Of a DNA stretch of 32,000 nt, positions 30,344-32,000 are shown in pieces. Position numbers and translations under genes: made by a program. The stretch's first letter is position 1. Each line of letters starts with the position of its first letter. The DNA is from Tannockella kyphosi (lineage in GTDB: Bacteria; Bacillota_I; Bacilli_A; Erysipelotrichales; Coprobacillaceae), in contig NZ_CP088239.1 in assembly GCF_021054785.1 (NCBI RefSeq), positions 450,001 to 482,000 of the forward strand, read 5' to 3'. Under the pieces are notes generated by a model. The model made no database searches. It had not been told where the DNA came from and worked only from the letters and a program-made list of their open reading frames with translations.

Positions 30344-30976
30344 ATGAAAAAAACAATAGCAAAACATTTATTAGATATTCAAGCAGTATTCTTAAGACCA
30401 AATGATCCTTTTACATGGGCAAGTGGAATTAAATCACCAATCTACTGCGATAATAGATTAACATTATCTTATCCTAATGTTCGTAAAGATGTAGAACAAG
30501 GATTAGCAGATTTAATAAAAGAAAAATTCCCAGAAGCAGAATGCTTAATGGGTACAGCTACTGCTGGTATTGCTCATGCAGCTTTAATTGCTGATATCCT
30601 AGAATTACCAATGGGATATGTACGTGGTGGTGCAAAAAGCCATGGCCGTAATAACCAAATCGAAGGAAAAGTAGAACCAGGAATGAAAGTAGTAGTAATC
30701 GAAGATTTACTATCTACTGGTGGAAGTTCTATTGAATGTGTAGAAGTATTAAGAGAAGCAGGATGCGAAGTGGTAGGTTTAGTTGCTATCTTTACTTATG
30801 GTTTAACAAAAGCTACTACAAACTTTGAAAATGCAAACTGTGCATATGCAACTTTAACAGACTATGAAACACTAATTGATGTAGCAAAAGACTTAGACTA
30901 TATCAAAGAAGAAGATATGAATAAATTAAAATCTTGGAAACAAAACCCAAGTGATCCTAGTTGGATGGAAAAATAG
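30344..30976 (+). CDS. pyrE: Orotate phosphoribosyltransferase
   Basis: [16 protein letters not shown] and the PRPP-binding loop [13 protein letters not shown]. The ATG lies 1 nt after the pyrF stop. Confidence 0.93.
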   Translation: MKKTIAKHLLDIQAVFLRPNDPFTWASGIKSPIYCDNRLTLSYPNVRKDVEQGLADLIKEKFPEAECLMGTATAGIAHAALIADILELPMGYVRGGAKSHGRNNQIEGKVEPGMKVVVIEDLLSTGGSSIECVEVLREAGCEVVGLVAIFTYGLTKATTNFENANCAYATLTDYETLIDVAKDLDYIKEEDMNKLKSWKQNPSDPSWMEK

Positions 30977-30995
30977 TGCATAGCACTATTTTTGT
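30971..30995 (+). terminator. Intrinsic terminator of pyrFE
   Basis: aaatagtgc (30971-30979) pairs with gcactattt (30983-30991), followed by a T-run. It overlaps the stop codon. Confidence 0.7.
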
Positions 30996-31076
30996 TTCTT
31001 GCTTTAGTATTATATGGAACGAGTTTTATAAGTAAGTAGGATATCAGTTTTGACGGATAGCTTAGGATGATAAAAG

Positions 31077-31106
31077 TTGACATTTATTACATTTTAAGCT
31101 TATAAT
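31077..31106 (+). promoter_or_regulatory. Candidate sigma-A promoter of the ABC exporter operon
   Basis: Consensus TTGACA (31077-31082) and TATAAT (31101-31106) with an 18-nt spacer (or TTATAA with 17). The ATG lies 30 nt downstream and follows GGAGGAG. Confidence 0.6.
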
Positions 31107-31135
31107 ATCACATAAGAAACAATGGAGGAGACTGT

Positions 31136-31942
31136 ATGTTTAAAAGTCTAAAATACGTTTTTAAAGAGAATGTTAGTAATATATATAGAATATATTCTAT
31201 TTCTAGATATGAGATTATAGGGGATATGAGAGATTCAAAACTTGGTCTTTTTTGGAATTTTGCCAACCCTTTTATTCAAGTGCTTACTTACTGGTTTGTA
31301 TTCGGATATATTTTAAGTAGGGGTCAAGTAGGAGATATACCGTACATATATTGGATGCTTGGTGGTATGGTAGTATGGTTTTTTATTTCACCGTGCATTA
31401 CTGATGGATGCAATGCAATATATTCTAAGGTGAATGTTATTACAAAAATGAAATTTCCAGTCAGCATTTTACCTGCTACTGTTGTTATGAAAAAATTATT
31501 TGATCATTTCTGTATTATGATAATTTTACTTATTACATTTTTAGCAGGGGGATACTATCCTACTGTTCACTGGCTTGGACTAATATATTATGTTTTTTGT
31601 GCTATTGTTTTTGCAATTGCACTCTCTATGACAACATCTGTTTTAAATATGTTGGCACGAGATACTAGAAAATTAATTTTAGCATGTATGCGTCTTTTAT
31701 TGTATTTAACTCCTATTTTATGGGAACTACCTTCAGGAATGCCAACTGTTATTAAATACATAATGAAAGCAAATCCCATTTATTACATAGTTCAAGGGTA
31801 TAGGGATTGTTTCTTCTATCATAATGGGTTCTTATTTTACTGGAAAGAAATGATTGTGTTTTGGCTTGTTACAGCAATGCTAATGACAGTAGGAAGCTAT
31901 ATGATGTACAAATTTAAATTCAAATTTATTGACATGATATAA
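31136..31942 (+). CDS. ABC-2 type transporter permease (TagG/Wzm-like teichoic acid or polysaccharide exporter)
   Basis: 268 aa with six predicted TM helices. The N-terminal ...R....D...S.LG..W....P..Q.......F pattern is typical of ABC-2 glycopolymer exporters. An ATPase gene follows directly. Confidence 0.75.
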   Translation: MFKSLKYVFKENVSNIYRIYSISRYEIIGDMRDSKLGLFWNFANPFIQVLTYWFVFGYILSRGQVGDIPYIYWMLGGMVVWFFISPCITDGCNAIYSKVNVITKMKFPVSILPATVVMKKLFDHFCIMIILLITFLAGGYYPTVHWLGLIYYVFCAIVFAIALSMTTSVLNMLARDTRKLILACMRLLLYLTPILWELPSGMPTVIKYIMKANPIYYIVQGYRDCFFYHNGFLFYWKEMIVFWLVTAMLMTVGSYMMYKFKFKFIDMI

Positions 31943-31954
31943 ATGGAGGAACAA

Positions 31955-32000
31955 ATGAAACAAGAATATGCTATAGAGCTGAGAAATGTATCAAAAATTT
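31955..32000 (+). CDS. ABC transporter ATP-binding protein (TagH/Wzt-like), 5' fragment running off the window
   Basis: The ATG at 31955 follows GGAGGA. MKQEYAIELRNVSKI is a typical N-terminus for exporter ATPases (..i.l.nVsK.y). Only 15 codons are visible. Confidence 0.55.
   Translation, partial: MKQEYAIELRNVSKI

Overview
AT-rich (about one third GC by eye) chromosomal segment from a low-GC Gram-positive bacterium. The 16S sequence and gene content look like Bacillota, possibly Erysipelotrichales-like, but I cannot verify this without a database. Most of the window is housekeeping. It holds a partial 2-hydroxyacid dehydrogenase, a DEAD-box helicase, ppdK, and a DprA-like/rhomboid/galU/membrane-protein operon. 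It also holds pyruvate:ferredoxin oxidoreductase, a complete 16S-23S-5S rRNA operon with no spacer tRNA, an orphan ptsI, nagB, a dGTPase-like HD protein, metA and an AIM24-family protein. The remaining genes are a short peptide deformylase paralogue, three small poorly characterised genes, rubrerythrin, pyrF-pyrE and the start of a TagG/TagH-like ABC exporter. Two insertion sequences interrupt intergenic regions. The first is a two-gene ISL3-family element (Cys-rich DUF6431-like ORF plus transposase) bounded by iterated AAAACCCCAAGTT motifs. The second is an IS110-family element bounded by a perfect 16-bp inverted repeat, with a 192-nt ORF-free arm 5' of the recombinase. That arm is the most interesting signal: it is a candidate guide (bridge-type) RNA for the DEDD recombinase. 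I see no CRISPR array, no prophage and no convincing multi-gene defence island. The other findings are modest: a divergent DprA/SLOG-like protein coupled to a rhomboid protease, a metallophosphoesterase-like protein lacking all metal ligands, and a DUF3783-like/P-loop kinase pair. All coordinates for RNA ends, promoters and IS ends are by-eye estimates of a few nt accuracy.
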